From contig JAMWCX010000002.1 in NCBI GenBank assembly GCA_023818895.1, positions 60,001-92,000 on the forward strand: a DNA stretch of 32,000 nt, given 5' to 3'. A program made the position numbers and the translations under genes. Of this stretch, positions 9,699-17,398 are shown one piece after another (the stretch's first letter is position 1; each line of letters starts with the position of its first letter). The stretch comes from Candidatus Omnitrophota bacterium. GTDB taxonomy: Bacteria; Omnitrophota; Gorgyraeia; 2-01-FULL-45-10. The notes beneath the pieces were generated by a model. The model saw only the letters and a list, made by a program, of their open reading frames with translations, had not been told where the DNA came from and searched no databases.

Positions 9699-9775
9699 TG
9701 GTGGGCCCGCAAGGATTTGAACCTTGGACCAAGAGATTATGAGTCTCCTGCTCTGCCAGACTGAGCTACAGGCCC
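9699..9775 (-). tRNA. tRNA with anticodon CAT; elongator type, features favour tRNA-Ile2 (lysidine) over tRNA-Met
   Basis: The reverse complement is GGGCCTGTAGCTCAGTCTGGCAGAGCAGGAGACTCATAATCTCTTGGTCCAAGGTTCAAATCCTTGCGGGCCCACCA. The cloverleaf is complete. It is not an initiator: position 1-72 is paired and the anticodon stem has no GGG/CCC. The C4-G69 and C5-G68 pairs and the anticodon arm resemble E. coli ileX. Confidence 0.9.
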
Positions 9776-9885
9776 ATGCTGTTAACGCCGAAAGCACCGT
9801 CCTTCCAAATCCATACAAGCTATTGCTCGGTAAAGGGCGAGGAAGGACGCGCCTACTATTTGAAAAAATGGCGAATTGGGAAAAT

Positions 9886-9914
9886 ATTATACTTAATACT
9901 CAAAGGACTGTAAA
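9886..9914 (-). promoter_or_regulatory. candidate sigma70-type promoter for the tRNA pair
   Basis: On the minus strand: TTTACA (9914-9909), a 17-nt spacer, then TATAAT (9891-9886), about 110 nt upstream of the tRNA 5' end. Motif match only. Confidence 0.5.
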
Positions 9915-9960
9915 GATGATTCTATCGATGATAGCGCGTTCTATTTCGCTGTTTGCCTAT

Positions 9961-10800
9961 TTATGGCATTTTTGGCCTTTTTGATTTGTTCGGCTTGGTG
10001 CCGGTTTTGTACAACTCCTTCGCCTTGCTGATATATTCTTCGGCGTCTTTTGTCTTTCCCAGTTTATTATATATCATGCCGGCTGCATAATAAGCGTCGG
10101 CAAAATGCGCGTCCTCTTTTATGGCCCTTTCATAATATGACGCTGCCTGAGCATCGTCGCCCATCATGCTGTAAACAATCCCTATCTTATAATAAGTCTC
10201 CGCATATTTTGGGTTTATACGGGCCGTCCTCTTGAAATACTCGAGAGCCTGCTCCAGCTGATTAAGCTTGAGGTATGCCAGTCCCATACTATAATTGGCA
10301 TGATAATCGCCAGGATTTATATTTAGGGCTTTCTGGTAGTAGTTTATCGCCTCGTCGATCTTTGCTTTTGACATGTAAAAATCACCGAGCGCGTTATAAG
10401 GAGAGAAGAATTTCTCGTCCACGGAGATAGCCTTATTCCAATACCTGACTGCCTCCTCCTCTTTTCCCAATAGATAATAGGCCTCTCCCATACTGTAATA
10501 TGAAGCCGCAAATTCTGGATTCAGGGTAATAGCTTTTTCAAAATATTCTATGGCTTTAAGGTATTGATTAATGACTATATGTATACAGCCTAGCTTGTAA
10601 TATGCGGGCGCATATTTTGGGTCGACCTTTATAGCCTTGTTAAATTCCGACGCGGCGTCTCCAAACTTGTCTCTATCATAATATTTAACCCCTTCTATAT
10701 AATACTCTTCGGCCGACTTGCCATATATATTAGCAATGTACGATAAAAGGAACATCCCGACCGCAACAAGTGAAAGCAAGAATACAGTCTTTTTTCTCAT
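9961..10800 (-). CDS. tetratricopeptide-repeat protein with N-terminal signal/anchor
   Basis: Hydrophobic N-terminus (FLLSLVAVGMFLL) followed by about seven 34-residue TPR units (repeated A..Y..G..Y....Y..A...F..A....P pattern). The start codon abuts the rpoD stop. Confidence 0.85.
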   Translation of the reverse strand: MRKKTVFLLSLVAVGMFLLSYIANIYGKSAEEYYIEGVKYYDRDKFGDAASEFNKAIKVDPKYAPAYYKLGCIHIVINQYLKAIEYFEKAITLNPEFAASYYSMGEAYYLLGKEEEAVRYWNKAISVDEKFFSPYNALGDFYMSKAKIDEAINYYQKALNINPGDYHANYSMGLAYLKLNQLEQALEYFKRTARINPKYAETYYKIGIVYSMMGDDAQAASYYERAIKEDAHFADAYYAAGMIYNKLGKTKDAEEYISKAKELYKTGTKPNKSKRPKMP

Positions 10801-12537
10801 CTATTCTCCTGCGCCGATTGCAAGGAAGTTTTTAAGCTTTCTTGAACGAGTAGGGTGGCGAAGTTTCCGCAACGCCTTAGCTTCGATCTGCCTCACGCGC
10901 TCCCTGGTAACTTTGAACACGGCACCGACCTCTTCGAGCGTTCTTGGATAACCATCACCTATGCCAAATCTAAGCCTCAAAACCTTCTTCTCGCGATCCG
11001 TCAGCGTATCTAACACATCATCCATCTGCTCTTTAAGCATCGAATAAGCGGTGGCGTTCGCAGGCGATACGGCGCGCTTATCTTCGATAAAATCGCCGAA
11101 GTGCGTATCGCCTTCATCTCCTATCGGAGTCTGCAAGCTTATCGGCTCCTGGGCAATCTTCAGTATCCCCCTGACTTTGTCAACCGGCATCCTCATCTTA
11201 TGGGCTATCTCCTCCGGAGTCGGCTCCTTGCCGTTCTGCTGGACTAATGTCCGCGATACCTTTATGAGCTTATTTATAGTCTCGGTCATATGAACAGGGA
11301 TCCTAATAGTCCTTGACTGATCGGCTATCGATCGCGTGATAGCTTGTCTTATCCACCATGTCGCATATGTAGAAAATTTATAGCCCCGTTTATATTCGAA
11401 CTTATCAACGGCTTTCATGAGTCCGATATTGCCTTCCTGAATAAGGTCTAAGAATGAAAGTCCCCTATTGGTGTACTTTTTCGCTATGCTGACCACCAGT
11501 CTCAGGTTTGCCGCGACGAGCTCTTTCTTGGCCTTATTGAACTTGAGCTCAGCTGACTTTATCAACTTAAACTGTTCTTTTATATTATCTATCGGCTCGC
11601 CAAACTCCCTCTCTATAGACCTCTTGCGTTTCACGAGCCTCTTTACCTCATCCCTCTTGCCCTTTTCTCGGGCCCTGGCCAAAGAGGTATCGACCTTGGC
11701 ATGTTCTTCCAGCTTGTCCTCAATGCTTCTGGCGGCGTCTTCTATAACCGACATCACAAGGTTCATCTCGCTTATAGCCTGGCTGATCTCGGCCTTGTTC
11801 CTGCTCATCTTGAGTTTTTGGACTAGTTTGGCAAGCTTCTTGTTAAGCCTTGTCCCCTTAAGCCGCGAATCTATATTTATAAACTCTTCCGGGTTTATCT
11901 CCTTATTGAGTATCTTGACAGCAACCTCCAGCGCCTTATACTTGGACATTTTTACCGCTAAAACCGCTTCTCTGAACCTTGCCTCCGCTTCCTTTATCCG
12001 TTCCGCTATCTCTATCTCCTCCTTGCGGGTAAGAAGCGGAATCTGCCCCATCTGCCGCAGATACATCTTTACGGGATCGTCTATATGGGTCAGCCTTGTT
12101 TCAACTTCCTCCTTCTCGACTTCCTCTTTCTTCTCTTCCGCCGCCTCTTCGACTTCCACCTCTTCCTTAGAAACTTCCTCTTCGTTATCTACCAGCTTTA
12201 TGTTCTCCTCGCCGAGTATGCCGAGTATCTCATCTATCTCTTCAGACGAGACTATGTCAACGGGAAGCAGGTTATTCACCTCTTCAAAGGTAAGGTGTCC
12301 TTTCTCCTTCCCGAGAGCTATCAGCTCCGAAAGCCCTTTCACTCTCTTCTTTCTTCCAGAGCTCGTCGCTGTAGAACCAGAGGAGGCATCGCTCGATATC
12401 GCTTTAGCGGCATTCGAGACCTTCCTCGCAGCGTGTCTCCTCGCACCCTTACGCAAGCGCGCAGAGTGACGTCTTGAGACAATTTTCTTCCGCGGCTTTT
12501 TCTTTCTTAAAATTTTTTTCTTCTTTTTTAGCGCCAT
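10801..12537 (-). CDS. rpoD: RNA polymerase primary sigma factor (sigma-70)
   Basis: Region 2 ([39 protein letters not shown]), region 3 and region 4.2 ([30 protein letters not shown]) are unmistakable. It follows dnaG, as in the dnaG-rpoD macromolecular-synthesis operon. Confidence 0.95.
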   Translation of the reverse strand: MALKKKKKILRKKKPRKKIVSRRHSARLRKGARRHAARKVSNAAKAISSDASSGSTATSSGRKKRVKGLSELIALGKEKGHLTFEEVNNLLPVDIVSSEEIDEILGILGEENIKLVDNEEEVSKEEVEVEEAAEEKKEEVEKEEVETRLTHIDDPVKMYLRQMGQIPLLTRKEEIEIAERIKEAEARFREAVLAVKMSKYKALEVAVKILNKEINPEEFINIDSRLKGTRLNKKLAKLVQKLKMSRNKAEISQAISEMNLVMSVIEDAARSIEDKLEEHAKVDTSLARAREKGKRDEVKRLVKRKRSIEREFGEPIDNIKEQFKLIKSAELKFNKAKKELVAANLRLVVSIAKKYTNRGLSFLDLIQEGNIGLMKAVDKFEYKRGYKFSTYATWWIRQAITRSIADQSRTIRIPVHMTETINKLIKVSRTLVQQNGKEPTPEEIAHKMRMPVDKVRGILKIAQEPISLQTPIGDEGDTHFGDFIEDKRAVSPANATAYSMLKEQMDDVLDTLTDREKKVLRLRFGIGDGYPRTLEEVGAVFKVTRERVRQIEAKALRKLRHPTRSRKLKNFLAIGAGE

Positions 12538-12540
12538 ACG

Positions 12541-14292
12541 CTATGTCTTATTCATCCTTACCAAATTACCATATTCTGCAACAAGGCTCTTGACCTGATC
12601 GCCGTCATTTCTATCATGGGCTAATTTTATGGCCTCCTGAAGCATAGCCAACCGCTCTTTCACATTATCCTGTCTTATCCTCGTGATACAATCTTCCAGC
12701 GCCCTATCCTTGTCCGAGATCATATCAAGAATATTCACCGCCTCGGATATGAGCATCGTAGCCTCGCCCTCTGAACTGAAGACGTTTATGAGCCGTGCCG
12801 GGCTTATCTGCTTGTTCGCCTTATGAAGAGTGAATATCGCACTCACAACATCCCTTATCGACGAATCCTTAAACTCCTCCAGGGAAAGGGCGTGACTGAC
12901 CCTGTCGACGTAAGGACCGCCCTCAAGCAAAAGCGCAAGCAGTACGATCTCCGCCTTTCTGGTATCGCGCTTCACCTCGGCAGGAGCTATCGTATGCCGG
13001 CGTGCCGCATAATCCCCCTTTAACTTCTTAAGCTCTGTCTTTACCGCCTCCTCATCCACGGAGAGCTTCGCGGCCAGTTTCTTTATCATCTCCGACTTCG
13101 TAACGGCATTTGATATCTTGGCAATAGTTGGCAACATCTCGCCGACTATTGACGCCTTGCCATGTACAGTGGCCGTACTGAAACGGCCGGCAAGTTTAGC
13201 AAACTTGTAGTCAAAGAGGTTTTTGCTCGACTTTACAAGCTTTAGAAAATCATCAACACCATACTTGCGTATGAAACTGTCGGGGTCGAATCCTTTGGGA
13301 AGTTCGGCTATATAAACGTTCACATCCTCGCTTATGAAAAGATCGAGACCTCGCAAGCTGGCTGACTCGCCCGCCTCGTCAGGGTCGTATACTATCACGA
13401 CTGTCTTTGCGAAACGTTTAAGCAGTTTAACCTGGTCAACGGTAAGGGCGGTTCCGAGCGTAGCCAAGATGTTCTGGATGCCGGCCTGATAAGGCACGAG
13501 GAAATCAAGATATCCCTCGACAATAAGGGCATGACCTTTTTTCTTTATAACCTCTTTGCTGAAGTTAAGACCATAGAGATTACGCCCTTTTGAATATATG
13601 GCAGTTTCGGGAGAATTCATATACTTCGGAAGGCTCGAGTCCAGAACTCGACCGCCGAATCCCAGAATTCTGTTCTTGAGATCCATGATCGGAAACATGA
13701 TCCTGTTCCTAAAACGGTCGTAATAGCCGCCCTTCTCGCTCGATATAACGAGACCGGCCTGCTCCAGTATATCCATGCTGACGCCCTTCGACTTGCAGAA
13801 ATTAGAAAGCGACTCCCACGCGTCCTGGGCGTACCCTATGCGGAATTTTTTTATGGCGGCGTCCGCAACTCCCCTCGAGGCAAGATATTCACGCGCTGTC
13901 CTGCTACCTGCCAGGTTTGAAGCAAAGAAATTAGCGGCAAGCTCGTTGACTGAAAAAAGCTTATTCTCCACTTCGCCCGCCTTATCCGACCGCGCGATAC
14001 CCTTAGGAAGCGTTATCCCCGCTTTCTCGGCGAGCATCTCTACCGTTTCAGGAAACTGCATATTCTCGTGTCTCATGAGAAAGGAGAAGACATTCCCGCC
14101 AGCCCCACAGCCAAAGCAATGGTATATCTGTTTGTCGGGGCTTACGATAAACGACGGCGTCTTCTCATGATGAAACGGGCAGGGAGCTTTATAATTACGC
14201 CCCGCTTTTGTGAGCGTGACATAGCGCGATATAACATCGACTATGTCGGTGTTTTGCTGAACCTGGTCTATTATGCCATCAGGTATAGCCAT
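12541..14292 (-). CDS. dnaG: DNA primase
   Basis: Has a zinc finger CPFHHEKTPSF...CFGCGAGG, a TOPRIM region (EGYLD...YDPDEAG) and a C-terminal helicase-interaction domain. The start was re-called to the ATG at 14292, overlapping the upstream TAA (TAATG). Confidence 0.95.
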   Translation of the reverse strand: MAIPDGIIDQVQQNTDIVDVISRYVTLTKAGRNYKAPCPFHHEKTPSFIVSPDKQIYHCFGCGAGGNVFSFLMRHENMQFPETVEMLAEKAGITLPKGIARSDKAGEVENKLFSVNELAANFFASNLAGSRTAREYLASRGVADAAIKKFRIGYAQDAWESLSNFCKSKGVSMDILEQAGLVISSEKGGYYDRFRNRIMFPIMDLKNRILGFGGRVLDSSLPKYMNSPETAIYSKGRNLYGLNFSKEVIKKKGHALIVEGYLDFLVPYQAGIQNILATLGTALTVDQVKLLKRFAKTVVIVYDPDEAGESASLRGLDLFISEDVNVYIAELPKGFDPDSFIRKYGVDDFLKLVKSSKNLFDYKFAKLAGRFSTATVHGKASIVGEMLPTIAKISNAVTKSEMIKKLAAKLSVDEEAVKTELKKLKGDYAARRHTIAPAEVKRDTRKAEIVLLALLLEGGPYVDRVSHALSLEEFKDSSIRDVVSAIFTLHKANKQISPARLINVFSSEGEATMLISEAVNILDMISDKDRALEDCITRIRQDNVKERLAMLQEAIKLAHDRNDGDQVKSLVAEYGNLVRMNKT

Positions 14293-15245
14293 TACCTTTT
14301 TACCCGAACAAATCCCGAGCACGGGATCACTTTGATATCTTCCACTTTCTCTATCTCGTCGAGGAGAAGGTTAAGGCCCAGGGTGTCGCTGGCTATATGG
14401 CCCGCTATTATGACGTTTATGAACTCCTCCTTGGCATGCTTAAAGTGCTCCTCGCTCAGGTGCATTGCAACTATTGTGCCGACGCCTGCCTGAGAAAGCC
14501 TCGAGAATACCTTTCTGGGGCCTTCCGTGCCCCCTGTCATATCAACAAATATCTTTCCCGCCTTCTTCTTTGGATCACCTATAAGTATTCTCGGCCCGGC
14601 GTTCTTTTTCAAACCGTCAGCATATTCAGGTATATTCTTTAAGATTTTAAGCACCTGACCGAGATCGCGAGGTTTCTTTTTGTCAAATACCTTCTGCAGA
14701 TAATACGTGACGTGGTTATCGGCTGGTGTATGCACGCACATGTAAGGCATATCGATGAGCCTGGCAATATCGACTGACCTGGTATGATTAGCCGGCGCAA
14801 CCGCCCTTTCGACCTCCTGCATCCTATCTTTAAGAAGACCTTCCGCGACTTCTTTGGCGAGACCCAACCGCTTGAGAATCGCTATCTGAAGTTTCATAAC
14901 ATCGTAAAACCGTGCCCAAGCCGGCCCTTCAGGATGATGAGCCATCACGAGATCTATATTAGCGCCTTTCTCATTAAGTCTGTCTGCCGCCAAAAGTTCA
15001 GGCCCTTCCATATCTATTCCGACCATGATAGTCCTTATATCCCTGCTAATATCACCGTATAGTATTCTAGTATCCGCGTACGGGTTAGAAAGCCTTTCTC
15101 TATCAAATGTCTTTTTGTCCGCGCCCTTCGCTTTCCGGAATTCCAAACCTGCCTTCTTAAGCTCATCTTTTATCTCTGCCTTAGGGCGGGGATCTTTCGC
15201 GATACCCTTCTTAACTACAAGCTGATATAGATCAATAAGTTTCAT
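14292..15245 (-). CDS. Nif3-related (DUF34/COG0327-like) protein
   Basis: The spaced His/Asp motifs VMAHHPEG, CVHTPADN and IIAGHIASD resemble the dinuclear-metal ligands of Nif3-family proteins. Nif3 genes are linked to dnaG-sigA in Firmicutes. The family call is from memory of similar sequences. I prefer the ATG at 15245 (GAAAGG SD). Confidence 0.6.
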   Translation of the reverse strand: MKLIDLYQLVVKKGIAKDPRPKAEIKDELKKAGLEFRKAKGADKKTFDRERLSNPYADTRILYGDISRDIRTIMVGIDMEGPELLAADRLNEKGANIDLVMAHHPEGPAWARFYDVMKLQIAILKRLGLAKEVAEGLLKDRMQEVERAVAPANHTRSVDIARLIDMPYMCVHTPADNHVTYYLQKVFDKKKPRDLGQVLKILKNIPEYADGLKKNAGPRILIGDPKKKAGKIFVDMTGGTEGPRKVFSRLSQAGVGTIVAMHLSEEHFKHAKEEFINVIIAGHIASDTLGLNLLLDEIEKVEDIKVIPCSGFVRVKR

Positions 15246-15339
15246 TTTTAAGCCTTTCTTAAATTTTTTCATTCAGAAAAATTAGTCCCGAGAACGCCGC
15301 TCTAAGGCATTCCAGGGACCTGTCATCTCTTATGGTATT

Positions 15340-15927
15340 TTACTTCTTCTGGGCTAATGACTTTTCGGAGACGATCTCCTGCACCATGCCTTCTCCGCCT
15401 ACCGAGCCCTCGCCAAGCCGGATGGTTGGTAAAACCCAGGACAGCTTGCTGTGAACGGTTGGCGCTATCCTCAGGAAATACATTCCGGAAAGCGAGCGAT
15501 CTCTTATGGACCATTGAAGATATGGCAGCGGCATAAGTGCCAGCACGATAAGGATCACGCTCGTAACAACTGAGGCTCTCAATATGCCGCAAATGAGGCC
15601 GCCGAATTTTTCAGCCAACGGATGCCAAGTGACTTTTATAAGCTTATCAACGATAATTCTTAAAAATTTGAATATAAAACCGAAAGCTACTACCAGGACA
15701 AGAAAAGTCAGGAAATCGAGAAACGCTACTGGCAGGCTTATTACATTTTTTGATATAAAAACTGCTATTTTATGATAATAATGAAGAGCTATAACTGCGG
15801 TTCCGATGGTGCCTATAAGAGGAAATATCTCGTGGCTTAAGCCATCCTGCAAAGCAACGTAACTTATTCTCAGCATTACAATTATGATAAGTACATCTAC
15901 CCAGTTTAGTTTTGTAAATATTTCCAT
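15340..15927 (-). CDS. cvpA: CvpA-family membrane protein
   Basis: N-terminus NWVDVLIIIVMLRISYVALQDGLSHEIFPLIG plus four predicted TM segments, typical of colicin V production protein family members. Confidence 0.8.
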   Translation of the reverse strand: MEIFTKLNWVDVLIIIVMLRISYVALQDGLSHEIFPLIGTIGTAVIALHYYHKIAVFISKNVISLPVAFLDFLTFLVLVVAFGFIFKFLRIIVDKLIKVTWHPLAEKFGGLICGILRASVVTSVILIVLALMPLPYLQWSIRDRSLSGMYFLRIAPTVHSKLSWVLPTIRLGEGSVGGEGMVQEIVSEKSLAQKK

Positions 15928-15957
15928 ATATCGGCCGGCTATTTTTAGTAAAGAGGA

Positions 15958-15986
15958 AGTATATCATATAATATTATTGTTGTCAA
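15958..15986 (-). promoter_or_regulatory. candidate sigma70-type promoter for cvpA
   Basis: On the minus strand: TTGACA (15986-15981), a 17-nt spacer, then TATACT (15963-15958), about 30 nt upstream of the cvpA ATG. Confidence 0.5.
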
Positions 15987-16000
15987 GGCGGGTAAAAGAC

Positions 16001-16042
16001 AAAATAAAAAGGGCCCTTGCATATTCCCCCCTTTTTGGCAAG
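16001..16042 (-). terminator. weak terminator-like hairpin plus T-run after the small ORF
   Basis: On the minus strand, CTTGC...GCAAG (alternatively AAAAAGGG/CCCTTTTT) is followed by TTTTTATTTT. The stem is short and the loop long, so support is weak. Confidence 0.25.
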
Positions 16043-16068
16043 AACCCCTTTCTCTATCAAGGCTTATC

Positions 16069-16227
16069 TTATGTGTGATAAAGCCTCGACTTTATAAACC
16101 TGTTCTCAAAAAATGACATTTCGCGGTTTATTTCGTTATATAACCTCTTTGCCCTCCTGTAGTTAAAATATTTCGACATCTTTCTGCCCACTACATTGTA
16201 AAGCCTCCGTGTTGCTATATATGGCAT
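16069..16227 (-). CDS. unannotated 52-aa highly basic, Tyr/Phe/Asn-rich protein with a 20-residue internal repeat
   Basis: Below the track's length cutoff. GGGAGGTG sits 7 nt upstream of the ATG (16227), which is 13 nt after the upstream stop. Translation is MPYIATRRLYNVVGRKMSKYFNYRRAKRLYNEINREMSFFENRFIKSRLYHT. The repeats RRLYNvvgRkMS...N / KRLYNeinReMS...N / SRLYH are conserved at protein level using different synonymous codons. Confidence 0.5.
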   Translation of the reverse strand: MPYIATRRLYNVVGRKMSKYFNYRRAKRLYNEINREMSFFENRFIKSRLYHT

Positions 16228-16240
16228 ACTCACACCTCCC

Positions 16241-16612
16241 TTATTTCGCCAGGGTGCTCTTCGTAAATCGCACCCTGAAAGAATGCAAAAAAACGATCGT
16301 ATAAACGCATTGGTCTATTATCGCGTAAAAAGTACCCAATATCTTGCATAACAGTTTGTCCTCACCAAGGCTATCGCTATGTTCTTTGTAAATATAAAAC
16401 TGCCTCTTGCTTATATTGCCGGCCTTGTTTTGCACCTCAAGCCATTTCTGAAGGTCGTCCTGGTTTTCTAGGTGGGTGATGTCCTTGATATAATAAAAAC
16501 ATCTCCTCTCGGTCCTGGCAAGCACACCATCTTTCTCGAAGACCTCTTGTAGAAATATGTCTTTTTTGCGCGAATTAACCGAGGTAAGGTTTTTAAATAC
16601 GACTTCTCTCAT
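16241..16612 (-). CDS. hypothetical protein (123 aa), family not recognised
   Basis: Clean ATG-to-stop ORF with its own upstream promoter-like element and the only long frame here. No motif I can name. It has a C-terminal hydrophobic stretch (LLCKILGTFYAIIDQCVYTIVFLHSF) followed by a basic tail. Confidence 0.6.
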   Translation of the reverse strand: MREVVFKNLTSVNSRKKDIFLQEVFEKDGVLARTERRCFYYIKDITHLENQDDLQKWLEVQNKAGNISKRQFYIYKEHSDSLGEDKLLCKILGTFYAIIDQCVYTIVFLHSFRVRFTKSTLAK

Positions 16613-16692
16613 TTTGGCGCACCATTAGTTATACTTTTTAAATCTTTTTACTTGATTATTAAAAAAAATGATTACTTTTAATCTCCACAACA

Positions 16693-16721
16693 AGTATACA
16701 TTGTGAATATTGTAGTGTCAA
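16693..16721 (-). promoter_or_regulatory. near-consensus sigma70-type promoter for the 123-aa/52-aa cassette
   Basis: On the minus strand: TTGACA (16721-16716), an exact 17-nt spacer, then TATACT (16698-16693), inside a 154-nt AT-rich spacer downstream of plsY. It implies a 5' UTR of about 75 nt. Confidence 0.55.
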
Positions 16722-16766
16722 GTAGCGAAATCATACTTTTTTAAATACTAACTCTTAAATAAATAA

Positions 16767-17396
16767 CTATTTTTTACGGAATATATAAGTCTTATTTTCA
16801 TCGCCCTTTAGAAGTCTTCTGATATTCTCCTTGTGTTTATATATGGACAGGCTGCATATAACAACGCTGAAAATAATTGTATAAAACGGATAGTCAAGTA
16901 TGCAGGCTACGATCGGAAATAAAAGTAGCGACATAATCGAGGCTAATGATACATAATTAGTAAGGTAAAATACGAGCACCCATATTATAAAAGACGGTAT
17001 TAACGCCAGTGGGGTTAATCCCAATGCCACACCAAGAGTAGTAGCGACTCCTTTGCCACCTTTGAATTTTAGAAATACCGGCCATACGTGGCCGCATACC
17101 GCCACAAGCCCCATAAGTCCCCTGTAAAAATATGAGTCAAGATCTATATCTCGTTGATAGAAGAAATCTGCCACTGCAGTAACAACGATCACGCCTTTAA
17201 TTATATCAATCGAGAGCGTAAATAGCGCCGGAAGTTTGCCGACTGTCCGCAGAACATTTGTGGCGCCTGCGTTCTTTGAACCGACCTGGCGGATATCGAT
17301 CCCTTTTAACGCTTTCGTCAGAAGGTAGCTTGTGGGAAAAGACCCTATGAGGTAAGCAAGTAACACGGAACCAAATAACGACATCATTGGCAGCAT
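16767..17396 (-). CDS. plsY: glycerol-3-phosphate acyltransferase (acyl-phosphate dependent)
   Basis: Has IGSFPTSYLL, GSKNAGATNVLR and FKGGKGVAT motifs. Confidence 0.9.
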   Translation of the reverse strand: MLPMMSLFGSVLLAYLIGSFPTSYLLTKALKGIDIRQVGSKNAGATNVLRTVGKLPALFTLSIDIIKGVIVVTAVADFFYQRDIDLDSYFYRGLMGLVAVCGHVWPVFLKFKGGKGVATTLGVALGLTPLALIPSFIIWVLVFYLTNYVSLASIMSLLLFPIVACILDYPFYTIIFSVVICSLSIYKHKENIRRLLKGDENKTYIFRKK

Positions 17397-17398
17397 AT

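Noticed and set aside
9541-9775. tRNA genes as an integration hotspot, with the flanking region as a genomic island
   Set aside because: There is no integrase, no direct repeat of a tRNA 3' end nearby, and the flanking genes (rpoD operon, rnhA/rnpB) are core functions.
9724-9984. 86-aa plus-strand ORF across the tRNA region
   Set aside because: It starts inside the tRNA(CAT) gene on the opposite strand and runs through promoter and leader sequence. There is no coding signal.
11468-12469. 333-aa plus-strand ORF (Ser/Leu-rich), with a nested 130-aa ORF
   Set aside because: It is exactly antisense to rpoD. The low-complexity S/L/F composition is what the reverse frame of a Glu/Lys/Arg-rich gene produces. 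It has no SD or promoter. The same reasoning applies to every other plus-strand ORF in the track (for example 15..500, 3758..4114, 8778..9089, 13775..14170, 23930..24442, 30888..31532).
15323-15592. 89-aa minus-strand ORF, and 15770..15967 (65 aa), overlapping cvpA
   Set aside because: They are alternative frames inside the well-supported cvpA gene, with Arg/Gly/His-rich unnatural composition and no independent signals. The same applies to 28742..28981 inside trpB and 262..456 inside lgt.
16108-16122. 13-nt match AAAAATGACATTT shared with 20404-20416
   Set aside because: Many 13-mer coincidences are expected by chance in 32 kb on two strands, especially in AT-rich sequence. One copy lies inside a coding frame and the other is intergenic.
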